IMG/VR virus record: IMGVR_UViG_3300020044_002336
Coordinates: 1 to 36,828 of that record
Source: a virus
Lineage: Duplodnaviria > Caudoviricetes
Reading direction: 5' to 3' (one strand)
Length of the DNA: 36,828 nucleotides
Below the pieces are notes generated by a model. That model was not told the DNA's origin. It searched no databases and saw only the letters and a program-made list of their open reading frames with translations. Numbering within the stretch: the stretch's first letter is position 1; each line of letters starts with the position of its first letter. A program made the position numbers and the translations under genes. Positions 28,130 through 36,819 of this stretch are shown piece by piece.

Positions 28130-28296
28130 TATTTTAACATCTCATTAATAGTTTTACCTTTGACCATTTCGACAATACGCATAATTGTCCACACTAATGA
28201 GGCCAATGCAGCAAGTTCAGGAAGCCACCCTGCTACACTACCAAATGCAGTACCTACAGCAGCCCAATCTATCCAGTGTTTAGCAGTGTCTGTCAT
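28129..28296 (-). CDS. 55-aa membrane protein, second holin candidate (not in ORF track)
   Basis: MTDTAKHWIDWAAVGTAFGSVAGWLPELAALASLVWTIMRIVEMVKGKTINEMLK*; overlaps both neighbours. Confidence 0.7.
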   Translation of the reverse strand: MTDTAKHWIDWAAVGTAFGSVAGWLPELAALASLVWTIMRIVEMVKGKTINEMLK

Positions 28297-28805
28297 TGAT
28301 GTATAGACTCAACAATTGATCCTACAGGCCCAGTGTAATCAGGAGAGGTGGGCCATGTAATTTGTACTGCAGTTTGTAATGCAGATACATCTGTTGCTCC
28401 ATCTATTACAACTAATGTCATACTAACCACATCTCGCACACTCTCTCGCCACACTATCCACTCAGGTTTGTACGTAGCATCTTTCATATTACGTATTTCC
28501 ATATAATCTGTAGGAAATAGAATTGAATGAGCTTGTTGACGAATAGTGTTCTTCCATTGCTTTTTAAGAAGGGTTAAATCTTTAGGAGTGTTTGTATAAG
28601 TAAGTACACCATTATTTAAACTACTATTAACCCAATAAAATCTATCGTCTGCAGGAACATTTACTGTTTGTACTTCTACTAATCCAATAGCAGATTTTTC
28701 TGCAACAGAGGTACACTGCAACCAATTGGCAGGGTATTGCACTTCATTAATAGTAAATGGTACACCTTGAGTAATATATTTATTTTCAGTTGTAGAATAG
28801 AACAT
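28293..28805 (-). CDS. Tail fibre assembly chaperone 1
   Basis: YPANWL...DDRFYWV...TDYM...W..WR..VR...TWP; follows RBP1. Confidence 0.75.
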   Translation of the reverse strand: MFYSTTENKYITQGVPFTINEVQYPANWLQCTSVAEKSAIGLVEVQTVNVPADDRFYWVNSSLNNGVLTYTNTPKDLTLLKKQWKNTIRQQAHSILFPTDYMEIRNMKDATYKPEWIVWRESVRDVVSMTLVVIDGATDVSALQTAVQITWPTSPDYTGPVGSIVESIHQ

Positions 28806-28831
28806 GATTACCTCGCTCTTGCTAGTGTGAA
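28797..28831 (-). repeat. 35-bp perfect inverted repeat with 36347-36381
   Basis: TTCACACTAGCAAGAGCGAGGTAATCATGTTCTAT spans RBP stop and chaperone start in both cassettes; extends to 56/59 identity (28797-28855 vs 36323-36381). Confidence 0.92.
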
Positions 28832-31800
28832 AGGGTTTTCTGCAAAGGCGGCGTATATGTATGTCACGCCTGAGTAGTTGAAGTTTGCATTGTCAAAACC
28901 GCGGAACTTAAATCCATTGGACAAAATATCAATTTCCACTCCCCATGCGCCAACGCCTTCCTGATTTGCTGAATTTGCCAACAATTCTGCATTGGTCAAC
29001 ACATTGTATGTGTTTCTAGAAGTATCCCAAATCATCCATTGAGATGATGAGTTGTACGCCTTCTGAAGGATGTATCGTGGTCTAAATCCGCAATAAATAA
29101 ATGCACCATTTGAATCGCTAGTGCCAGTGTACGAACCAAATGCGCTGTAGCCCGTAATCGACGTCCAGCAATAAGCAATAAATTTTGATGTGTTGTTGTT
29201 GACATTATTTGCGTTTCCTGCTGTTCCAGCCACAAAACTGAAAACAGTATCTGTCCAAGAAGTTTGTGGTGCTAATCCGCCGTTGCTATATGCAGTTGCT
29301 GGGTTGTTGTTGGCTAATGTCAAATCTAACTCAAGAGTACCTGCGCCAAGTGAAATATGATTCGTATACCAGTTATAAGCGGCTGTTCCAATGTCTCTAT
29401 TTTTTGTAATGATTAGGCTAGGTTTAGCACCAAGACCATGTCCAACAGTTGCGCTAGTAACGCCATTGCCTGTGTAGGCAACAACACTAAATCCCGCCGT
29501 AGTGTTTGCGCTTACAGATGAAGCAATAGTTCCGTTGTTATTTGTTACCGCAGTGCCGCCGCCTTTCCATTGCCACGCGACAAGACCGATAGTGCTCTGG
29601 TTAAAGTCTTGCGTTGCGCCGACCGTGAATCCGGTGGAAGTGAACGCTGTGAGTGAATTGACCTCGGTGGTCTCAACGCTGGTCACGTTAGACGAAAGCC
29701 GTTTAGTCGCACCGCGAATCGTATCAAACAGTCCGTGATCGGTAAGTGTTCCTCGGTTCTTGATCCAGACAAAATCAGGAGCAAATCCGCTTGAGTTAGC
29801 GATAGTCTGCGTGCCGCCGTTACCCGTATAGGTTGTCGCTGCCATGTAGTTCGCCCCATTCAGAATGGTGGGGACAGACATGTTCTGCGTACACATCGCC
29901 TTGAAACCAGACGGCGCTGCGTTGCCAAAAGGCTGCTGCCCCGTGTTGATGGTGAATGTGTCACGCACCTGCTGAGAAGTCAGCATCGGGAAGATAAGGT
30001 CGCCAGTAGACAGGGAAATCGTGAACGCTGGGTTTGTTCCTGCCGCAGGATCGCCACTACCAAACCAAGTGCTGCCAGAACCAATCCATACCTTGCCAGT
30101 CGCGCCATCTACAGCAAATTTCATTGTCTGGTTGGTAACAGTTCCATGCGTTGTTGCGTCATTCGTTCCGTTCACCCAGTACGAATTGGTAGGCGCGTAG
30201 TTCACGCCGTAATAACCGGCTGCGTTGTAGCCGACTGATGCAAGCGCAATAGTTGCGTTCTTGACAAAGCCAACTTGTCCGCCACCAACAAAACCAGAGC
30301 AATACACCTCAAAGTACATCTTGCCAATGATTGGCATAGAGAAGTAGCAGTTGTAAGTTCCGCCGTAGCCAGTCAGGTTACCATTGCTGAATGTCCAAGT
30401 GGACGATGCCGGGACAGACAACACCGCATAGTTGCCGCGCACCTCACCACCAGCACCAGTATCAACCCCATAGTTAGTTGGCGTGTCTACCATGACATCA
30501 TAAGTATTTGGCGCAGTTACAGAAGCGGTAGCATTTATGTTTACGGGAAGCCAATTGTTGGCATTTCCAGAGGCATCCGCGCCTATGTTGGGATTGCCAA
30601 ACGGAGTGGCAGTCGCGGTGACAACCGTTCCATTATTGGTCAAACTGAAAGCATTCGTGCTGTTATCTATGACGGTGGAGCTTTGCAAGGTCAGCAAAGA
30701 TGTTCCGCTGATTGCCGTCAAAGCTGATGTTGGTGGAACAAAGTTTGCCGTATAAACAGCCGTGCCTTTTACCAATCTGACATTACTGATCTGACCATTA
30801 AAAAGCTGAGAACCGCCGCCAACAGGAGCGCCAATTGTGAACACTTGATCCGTGAAGTTGTTTGATAGCGTTGCAGATGCGCTCAGTATTCCATTAATGA
30901 ATATTCTTGCAGTAGTTCCGCTGCGAGTTAGCGCCACATGAGACCAAACGCCGGCTGTGATGGTTGCGCCAGTAATCGGAGAAAACCCGCTTGTATATAC
31001 TCCGACCGTTCCACTCGCATCCATAGTTAGCGTGAATGCAGTTGATGAATTGGTTGTGGTGCGAGTTCCAAATATGGTGTAGAAGTTTGCCAATGCTGTT
31101 GGTTTGATCCAAGCCTCGGCTGTAAAGTCACCTGTGCCAAACGCAAATGCTGCATTGGAAGGCGATACCAAGTATTGACTTGAACCGTTGAACGAGCCGG
31201 AGTAAGTGCTATCTGTGTTAAGCGTGAACGGAAGGTAGAAGCCGTTCGTGCCATATGTGCCGGTGTAACGGATAGGACTCCATACGCCAGTGGCAGAATC
31301 AAATGCGCCAAAGTTAGTGGGCGTTAAGGCTTGACCGTCAACAAAATACACTTCAGTCATGTAACCATTTTTGTATAGTAAAGATGCTGAATTGGTTGGT
31401 GCTGCGCCTACATAATGAGCAACATTATTGTTAATTGATGTTGCTTGACTTGGCCCCGGCGTTACAGAAAATGAACCAGAAATTTGAAGTCCATTGACAT
31501 ACACTTTTGTGCGATTGGCAGCAGTTGCTTGAGTTGTATCCATTGCAATAACAACATGATACCAAGCAGATGTATCACGATAGACTGGGGTGCTAGTCCA
31601 AATTAACTGGTTAGAAATGTTCTGAACAGTCTCTTGCAAATAAATAGTGTCATTACTATTCCAATAGGCTTGGAAGTTTGCATTATTTCCTAACACTCCA
31701 GCGCCAAATAATCCTTGACTTCTTGTCAAATCCCCTCTTTTAAGCCATGCACTCCAAGTCCATGTTGTTCTATTAGATGCACTTGCAGGTGTTCTGCTAA

Positions 31801-31900
31801 AATATGCACTTGCACTTGAGCGCAATCGAACACTGCGGCTGATCTGATAGCCACTATCTTGACTAGCCAACAACATATTTCCGTTAGCTGGTACACTCAT
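28808..31900 (-). CDS. Receptor-binding/tail fibre protein RBP1 (two LamG/ConA-like domains, SPRY-like domain, C-terminal FAENPF domain)
   Basis: WTWSAWLKR...WYHVV; GDFTAEAWIK...WSHVAL...ISNVR; GKMYFEV; PDFVWIK; GHGLG; FAENPF; Thr/Ser/Gly/Asn-rich. Confidence 0.8.
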   Translation of the reverse strand: MSVPANGNMLLASQDSGYQISRSVRLRSSASAYFSRTPASASNRTTWTWSAWLKRGDLTRSQGLFGAGVLGNNANFQAYWNSNDTIYLQETVQNISNQLIWTSTPVYRDTSAWYHVVIAMDTTQATAANRTKVYVNGLQISGSFSVTPGPSQATSINNNVAHYVGAAPTNSASLLYKNGYMTEVYFVDGQALTPTNFGAFDSATGVWSPIRYTGTYGTNGFYLPFTLNTDSTYSGSFNGSSQYLVSPSNAAFAFGTGDFTAEAWIKPTALANFYTIFGTRTTTNSSTAFTLTMDASGTVGVYTSGFSPITGATITAGVWSHVALTRSGTTARIFINGILSASATLSNNFTDQVFTIGAPVGGGSQLFNGQISNVRLVKGTAVYTANFVPPTSALTAISGTSLLTLQSSTVIDNSTNAFSLTNNGTVVTATATPFGNPNIGADASGNANNWLPVNINATASVTAPNTYDVMVDTPTNYGVDTGAGGEVRGNYAVLSVPASSTWTFSNGNLTGYGGTYNCYFSMPIIGKMYFEVYCSGFVGGGQVGFVKNATIALASVGYNAAGYYGVNYAPTNSYWVNGTNDATTHGTVTNQTMKFAVDGATGKVWIGSGSTWFGSGDPAAGTNPAFTISLSTGDLIFPMLTSQQVRDTFTINTGQQPFGNAAPSGFKAMCTQNMSVPTILNGANYMAATTYTGNGGTQTIANSSGFAPDFVWIKNRGTLTDHGLFDTIRGATKRLSSNVTSVETTEVNSLTAFTSTGFTVGATQDFNQSTIGLVAWQWKGGGTAVTNNNGTIASSVSANTTAGFSVVAYTGNGVTSATVGHGLGAKPSLIITKNRDIGTAAYNWYTNHISLGAGTLELDLTLANNNPATAYSNGGLAPQTSWTDTVFSFVAGTAGNANNVNNNTSKFIAYCWTSITGYSAFGSYTGTSDSNGAFIYCGFRPRYILQKAYNSSSQWMIWDTSRNTYNVLTNAELLANSANQEGVGAWGVEIDILSNGFKFRGFDNANFNYSGVTYIYAAFAENPFTLARAR

Positions 31901-32763
31901 TTAACATCTCCAAGCATACGGCATGAGATGCGTGTAGCACTTTCTACATAATAGGCCATAGTGTCTACAGCAGACAGTGTAGTGGTGAGAGTGGGGGCTG
32001 TGCCACCGGGGAATTTCCAATAGCTACCAAAGGCTAGGGTTTTAGCAGCACTAGCATTTTGAGTGAACACAATAGTTCCACATTGACCAGCAACAATGTT
32101 TGTTGGATTGGCTAGTGTTGTATTCTCTGTCAACGCATGGGAGAAGTTATTAGACAGAGCAAGGTTGACAGCAATGGAAGCAGAAGAGGAGGTGAGAGAG
32201 ATGGGAGTGCCTCGTTGAGCAACAGAAAAACTCTGTACAGTGTTTGTCTTGGCTGTATTGGCATCATATGCCTGAACATCTGTGTTAATGACAACACCAA
32301 GAGTGCTACGTGCTGCAGCAGCATCTACTGCTGTAAACACCGCTTTACCCACTGTAGTACCACCAAGGTTGGTACGAGCTGTAGCTGCAGAGGTGAGTTC
32401 AGAAAGGTTGTTATTCTTATTAAGAAGGTTGGTTGTGTCCAGAGAGGCGGCACTTGCAGCAGCAGCAGCGGCACTGTCTGCGGCATCTTCTGCACTGGCA
32501 GCAGCAGCTACACTGGCATCATAAGCATTATTATCCAATATGCCTAAATAGGCACGTGTGATGGGTTCATTGTCACTAGTGGGAGCAGGGAGGTTGAGAA
32601 TGCGATTGGAGTTCATATCCAAATTACCAGACATGGTGTTTGGACTTGTACCATCCCTACTTAGTGTGTTTTCAATTGCTGTTACAATTGCAGAGAAGTT
32701 GGCATTGAGAGCAGCTACTGAGGCATAGCGGCTACTGTAGGACACGGTCTTGGTGTTGCCCAA
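31897..32763 (-). CDS. Tail fibre anchor/adaptor protein; 5' end probably disrupted near 32735
   Basis: LNANF..I..AIENTLSRDG..PN.M...LDMNSNRILNLP anchor motif and C-terminal L.NPTN...GQ.G.I...Q domain. The called TTG start lies in the antisense of the RBP2 fragment and has no SD. Confidence 0.75.
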   Translation of the reverse strand: MGNTKTVSYSSRYASVAALNANFSAIVTAIENTLSRDGTSPNTMSGNLDMNSNRILNLPAPTSDNEPITRAYLGILDNNAYDASVAAAASAEDAADSAAAAAASAASLDTTNLLNKNNNLSELTSAATARTNLGGTTVGKAVFTAVDAAAARSTLGVVINTDVQAYDANTAKTNTVQSFSVAQRGTPISLTSSSASIAVNLALSNNFSHALTENTTLANPTNIVAGQCGTIVFTQNASAAKTLAFGSYWKFPGGTAPTLTTTLSAVDTMAYYVESATRISCRMLGDVK

Positions 32764-33339
32764 AGTATGATCATAATAAAAAGCAGAGACAATGCTGGTG
32801 GAGCAAGAGATTGGTATGTTTATAACTCAGTTATCGGTAATACAAAATTTTTGCAGTTAGACACAACAATAGCATCAACATCTGATTCTGGAACTTTGTG
32901 GAATAGCACTAGCCCAACAAGTTCTGTATTTTCGCTCAATACAAGTGGCGCAGTAAATTACTCAACTGGCACTTATGTCGCCTACTGTTTCGCTGCCATC
33001 TCAGGTTACAGCGCGTTTGGTTCGTATGTTGGTAATGGTGTTGTAGACGGGCCATTTATCTATCTAGGTTTCCGTCCTCGGTATGTGTTGACAAAAGTTG
33101 CCACCGCAGGTTCAAGCTGGGCTGTCATTGATTCATCACGCGATACATACAATGTAACCTCATTGCGTTTGCTTCCAAGCTCAGCACTTAACGAAGCGCC
33201 GTTGGTAGACACAACCTATGACTTTACGGCTAACGGCTTCAAGCTGCGGACTGACAACGCCACAGAAAACTACAGCGGCCAGACAATAATCTACGCCGCC
33301 TTCGCAGAAAACCCCTTCAACATCTCCAGAGCGAGGTAA
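32728..33339 (+). pseudogene. Headless C-terminal fragment of paralogous RBP2
   Basis: Homology begins upstream of the called ATG: 32731 reads ATVGHGLGVAQSMIIIK, matching ATVGHGLGAKPS and ATIGHGLGAVPS of RBP1/RBP3. In-frame TGA at 32719; no SD. Confidence 0.8.
32995..33339 (+). repeat. Direct repeat copy 1 (345 bp; copy 2 at 36026-36370)
   Basis: Gap-free manual alignment at offset 3031, about 36 mismatches (~90%); 68-bp identical block 33232-33299 = 36263-36330. Confidence 0.92.
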
Positions 33340-33341
33340 CA

Positions 33342-33851
33342 ATGTTCTACTGTGCAAAAGAAAACAAATACATCGTCGAGCAGACGCCGTTTACCATTGA
33401 CGGTACGGGCTACCCGTCTGATTGGCTGAATCACGCCTCTGCCGAGGACAAGACCACGCTAGGTCTGGTTGAAGTGACCTACCAAGGAACGCGGGAAGAT
33501 GACCGCTTCTATTGGGTGACTGAAAACCTCAACGGCGCCGTGATCAGCTACACCAACACGCCGAAAGACTTGGCTGGCTTGAAGGCGCAGTGGAAGAAGG
33601 CAACCAACGCTGTCGCCTATTCAATCCTGTTGCAGTCTGACTGGATGGTGGTCAAGGCGCTTGAGACTTCGGCGGCCGTGCCGAGTGAATGGACCGCCTA
33701 CCGCGCTTCGGTGCGTGCTGCGGCTGCTACGGCTGTGGCTGCGATTGATGCTTCGGCGGATGTACCTGCTCTGCAATCGGCTATTCAAGTGACTTGGCCG
33801 AATGACCCCAACTATGTCGCTCCGACTGAATCCAACACTCAGCAGGCGTAA
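33342..33851 (+). CDS. Tail fibre assembly chaperone 2
   Basis: Full-length paralog of chaperone 1 (YPSDWL, DDRFYWV, SDWMV, VTWP); GAGGT SD. Confidence 0.78.
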   Translation: MFYCAKENKYIVEQTPFTIDGTGYPSDWLNHASAEDKTTLGLVEVTYQGTREDDRFYWVTENLNGAVISYTNTPKDLAGLKAQWKKATNAVAYSILLQSDWMVVKALETSAAVPSEWTAYRASVRAAAATAVAAIDASADVPALQSAIQVTWPNDPNYVAPTESNTQQA

Positions 33852-33853
33852 AA

Positions 33854-36370
33854 ATGGATTACCTCGGCAGGATCATCACCAAGAATCCGACTGCTCCCAC
33901 TGTAGGTAGTGCGAAGGGCATATGGACTCTTGATGAGGCTATGCAGTATCAGAAGGCTGGAACATGGCCTCTGCCGCAGTATCCGTTCAGTCGGTCGGTG
34001 CGAACTCGCGCATCCGCTAGCGCGTATCTCTATAGAACGCCAAGTAGCAACGCAACAAGCACAACCTTAACTATTTCTGCTTGGATTAAAAGAGGAACGC
34101 TAGGCGGAACTTTTGTTTTTATTGCAGATGGTGCAGCTAGCTTTACTTCAAATCTATATTTTAATTCATCAGATCAACTTGTTTGGTCAATTGGCAATCA
34201 ATCAACTGTCACTTATACTTTAACTACAAATTCTGTTTATCGTGATCCGGCTGCTTGGTATCATATTGTGGGCGTTGTAGATACAACTAACGCCACTTCT
34301 ACAAATAGACTTCTTCTTTATGTAAATGGCGTTCAAGTAACATCATTTGCTTCATCTTCTTATCCAACGCTAAATTTTAGCGGCGGGTGGACGACTTCTT
34401 ATGCGTGGAGAATTTCAAGTAACAGTAGCGGAAATCCATTTTATTTTGATGGCTACCTAACCGGCATCAACTTCATTGACGGTCAGGCATTGGCCCCTAC
34501 TAGCTTTGGTGCATTTGACGCCACGACTGGGGTATGGAATCCGATTGTCTATACCGGCACATACGGCACAAACGGTTTCTTCTTGAGCTTTAGCGATCCG
34601 ACTAGCACGACCACTCTAAGTCAAGACTACAGCGGAAACGGAAACAACTGGACTGCCAACAACATCAGCGTGACTGCGGGTTCTACCTACGACAGCATGG
34701 TAGATGTGCCGACCAACTACGGCACAGATACTAGCGCTGGTGGCGTTGTTCGGGGGAATTATTGCGTATTAAATCCATTGGCAACTGGGGTAACTCTTAG
34801 CAGTGGAAACCTTGACTTTACTGGTACTGGAACCGCAAATCGTTCAGTGCTTTCCACGATAGCAATGAAAACAGGCAAATGGCGGTGGGAATTCACTCCA
34901 ACTGCACCGAACAATAACTATGATCCAATTTCTGGAATTATAAAAGCGTCCGCAGTATTTAACCCGGCTGCTAATGAAGTTCGATTTAACGCCAATGCGT
35001 GGGGAGTAAGCGGCACTTATGGCGGTAGCACTCTAGTAAGGCCAGTAAACAATAATACGTTTGGAACATCTTTTGGATGGACATGGACTAATGGCGATGT
35101 GCTTGGTTTGTATTTTGATGCAACAAACGGAACATTAAAAGCAAATCAAAATGGTGGAACGTTAGCAACTGTTTTTACTGGCTTAACAACCAACATTGAT
35201 TGGCTTCCTCTTTTTTCTTCTGGAGACACTACAAGCGGAACACATGTCACCAATTTTGGACAACGCGCTTTTGCTTATGCAACAGTAGATTCCACTTACA
35301 AAACTCTTTGCACCCAAAACCTGCCCACGGCTACCGTCAGCAACGGCGCGAACTACATGGCGGCTACGCTGTATACCGGAACAGGCGCAAGTCTTACGGT
35401 AAGCAACGCGGTCAATAGCATCTCGTTCCAGCCTGATTGGGTGTGGATTAAGTCGCGCTCTGCTGCTGGCAGTCATTCTTTGTACGATGTAAACCGTGGC
35501 GTTAGAGACGGGTTGTTTACAAATGTCACTTCAGCAGAAAATACAGAAGCTGCTGGCTATTCAATGACTGCGTTTAATTCAAATGGATTTACGGTTGGTT
35601 TGGAGAATGCCGGGTCAGGGTCTGTTAATGCAAACGGAACAACCTATGTCGGCTGGCAATGGAAAGGCGGCGGTACTGGTGTTTCCAACACTGCGGGAAG
35701 CATCACAAGTACAGTAAGCGCAAACACGACTGCCGGGTTCAGCATATTGACCTACACCGGGACAGGTGCTACTGCAACGATTGGTCACGGCCTTGGTGCT
35801 GTGCCAAGCATGATGATTATGAAGAAACGCAGTGCTGTTGGCTCTTGGAAGATGTATCACACATCTCTTGGAAATACAAAGATTGTTGAGGTAAATGATA
35901 CTGGTGCTGCGCAAACAAGTTCTACTTACTGGAACAATACATCGCCAACTTCCACGCTGATCACGGTTGGATCAAACGGCGACATCAATGCTTCTGGTGA
36001 AACTTATGTTTCATACTGCTGGACAGCCATCTCAGGCTACAGCGCGTTTGGTTCGTTTGTTGGTAATGGTGTTGTAGATGGGCCATTTATCTATCTAGGT
36101 TTTCGGCCTCGGTATGTGTTGGTAAAAGTTGCCACCGCAGCAGCAAACTGGGCAGTCATTGACTCATCACGCGACCCATACAATGTGATGTCAAACCGTT
36201 TGTTTCCAAACTCAGCACTTAACGAAGCGCCGTTGGTAGACCCAACCTATGACTTTTTAGCCAACGGCTTCAAGCTGCGGACTGACAACGCCACAGAAAA
36301 CTACAGCGGCCAGACAATAATCTACGCCGCATTCGCAGAAAACCCATTCACACTAGCAAGAGCGAGGTAA
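33854..36370 (+). CDS. Receptor-binding/tail fibre protein RBP3 (LamG + SPRY-like + FAENPF domain)
   Basis: Colinear with RBP1 but lacks the second LamG; distinct N-terminus KGIWTLDEA...WP. Confidence 0.8.
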   Translation: MDYLGRIITKNPTAPTVGSAKGIWTLDEAMQYQKAGTWPLPQYPFSRSVRTRASASAYLYRTPSSNATSTTLTISAWIKRGTLGGTFVFIADGAASFTSNLYFNSSDQLVWSIGNQSTVTYTLTTNSVYRDPAAWYHIVGVVDTTNATSTNRLLLYVNGVQVTSFASSSYPTLNFSGGWTTSYAWRISSNSSGNPFYFDGYLTGINFIDGQALAPTSFGAFDATTGVWNPIVYTGTYGTNGFFLSFSDPTSTTTLSQDYSGNGNNWTANNISVTAGSTYDSMVDVPTNYGTDTSAGGVVRGNYCVLNPLATGVTLSSGNLDFTGTGTANRSVLSTIAMKTGKWRWEFTPTAPNNNYDPISGIIKASAVFNPAANEVRFNANAWGVSGTYGGSTLVRPVNNNTFGTSFGWTWTNGDVLGLYFDATNGTLKANQNGGTLATVFTGLTTNIDWLPLFSSGDTTSGTHVTNFGQRAFAYATVDSTYKTLCTQNLPTATVSNGANYMAATLYTGTGASLTVSNAVNSISFQPDWVWIKSRSAAGSHSLYDVNRGVRDGLFTNVTSAENTEAAGYSMTAFNSNGFTVGLENAGSGSVNANGTTYVGWQWKGGGTGVSNTAGSITSTVSANTTAGFSILTYTGTGATATIGHGLGAVPSMMIMKKRSAVGSWKMYHTSLGNTKIVEVNDTGAAQTSSTYWNNTSPTSTLITVGSNGDINASGETYVSYCWTAISGYSAFGSFVGNGVVDGPFIYLGFRPRYVLVKVATAAANWAVIDSSRDPYNVMSNRLFPNSALNEAPLVDPTYDFLANGFKLRTDNATENYSGQTIIYAAFAENPFTLARAR
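36026..36370 (+). repeat. Direct repeat copy 2
   Basis: See copy 1; 3' ends of RBP2 and RBP3. Confidence 0.92.
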
Positions 36371-36372
36371 TC

Positions 36373-36819
36373 ATGTTCTATCACGCAGCATCAAGCCAGT
36401 ACATTCAAGAGGGCATGGCCTTCGATCTCAATGGTGTTCAGTACCCGTCAAACTGGTTGAACCTAACCTCCGCAGAAGAGAAGACTGCTGCTGGCTTTGT
36501 TGAGGTTGTCACCTCTGGCCTTCGCCTGGATGATCGGTTTTACTGGGTAAGCGAAAGCCTATCCGGCAATGTGCTTACCATCACCAGCACCGCAAAAGAT
36601 TTGACCGCGCTGAAGTCGCAATGGTCAGCGCAGGTCAAGCAGACTGCGTACACAATACTGTTGCAAAGCGATTGGATGGTGACCAAGGCACTGGAGACAT
36701 CAACAGCTGTGCCAGCAGCATGGTCAACTTATCGCGCCGCTGTGCGATCCACGGCAGCTACAGCTATTGCTGCCATCAACGCATCCGCTGATGTACCTGC
36801 CTTGCAGTTAGCGGTGTAG
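36373..36819 (+). CDS. Tail fibre assembly chaperone 3 (ends at a premature-looking TAG)
   Basis: Paralog of chaperones 1 and 2; homology (VTW) continues past the TAG to the window edge. Confidence 0.75.
   Translation: MFYHAASSQYIQEGMAFDLNGVQYPSNWLNLTSAEEKTAAGFVEVVTSGLRLDDRFYWVSESLSGNVLTITSTAKDLTALKSQWSAQVKQTAYTILLQSDWMVTKALETSTAVPAAWSTYRAAVRSTAATAIAAINASADVPALQLAV

Noticed and set aside
32767-33339. Independent 190-aa gene starting at ATG 32767
   Set aside because: The Met is internal to a conserved motif (GHGLG..PSM), homology extends upstream, and there is no SD. Treated as a truncated fragment.
32995-36370. RBP2/RBP3 3' repeat as a DGR template/variable repeat pair
   Set aside because: Many mismatches involve no adenine in either copy (T/C, C/T, T/G) and many are synonymous. 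Both copies are coding, and no reverse transcriptase is in the window.
36817-36819. Genome-wide TAG-to-Gln recoding (code 15)
   Set aside because: Long genes are intact under code 11, TAG serves as a normal stop (e.g. 1470, terL), and no suppressor tRNA is present.
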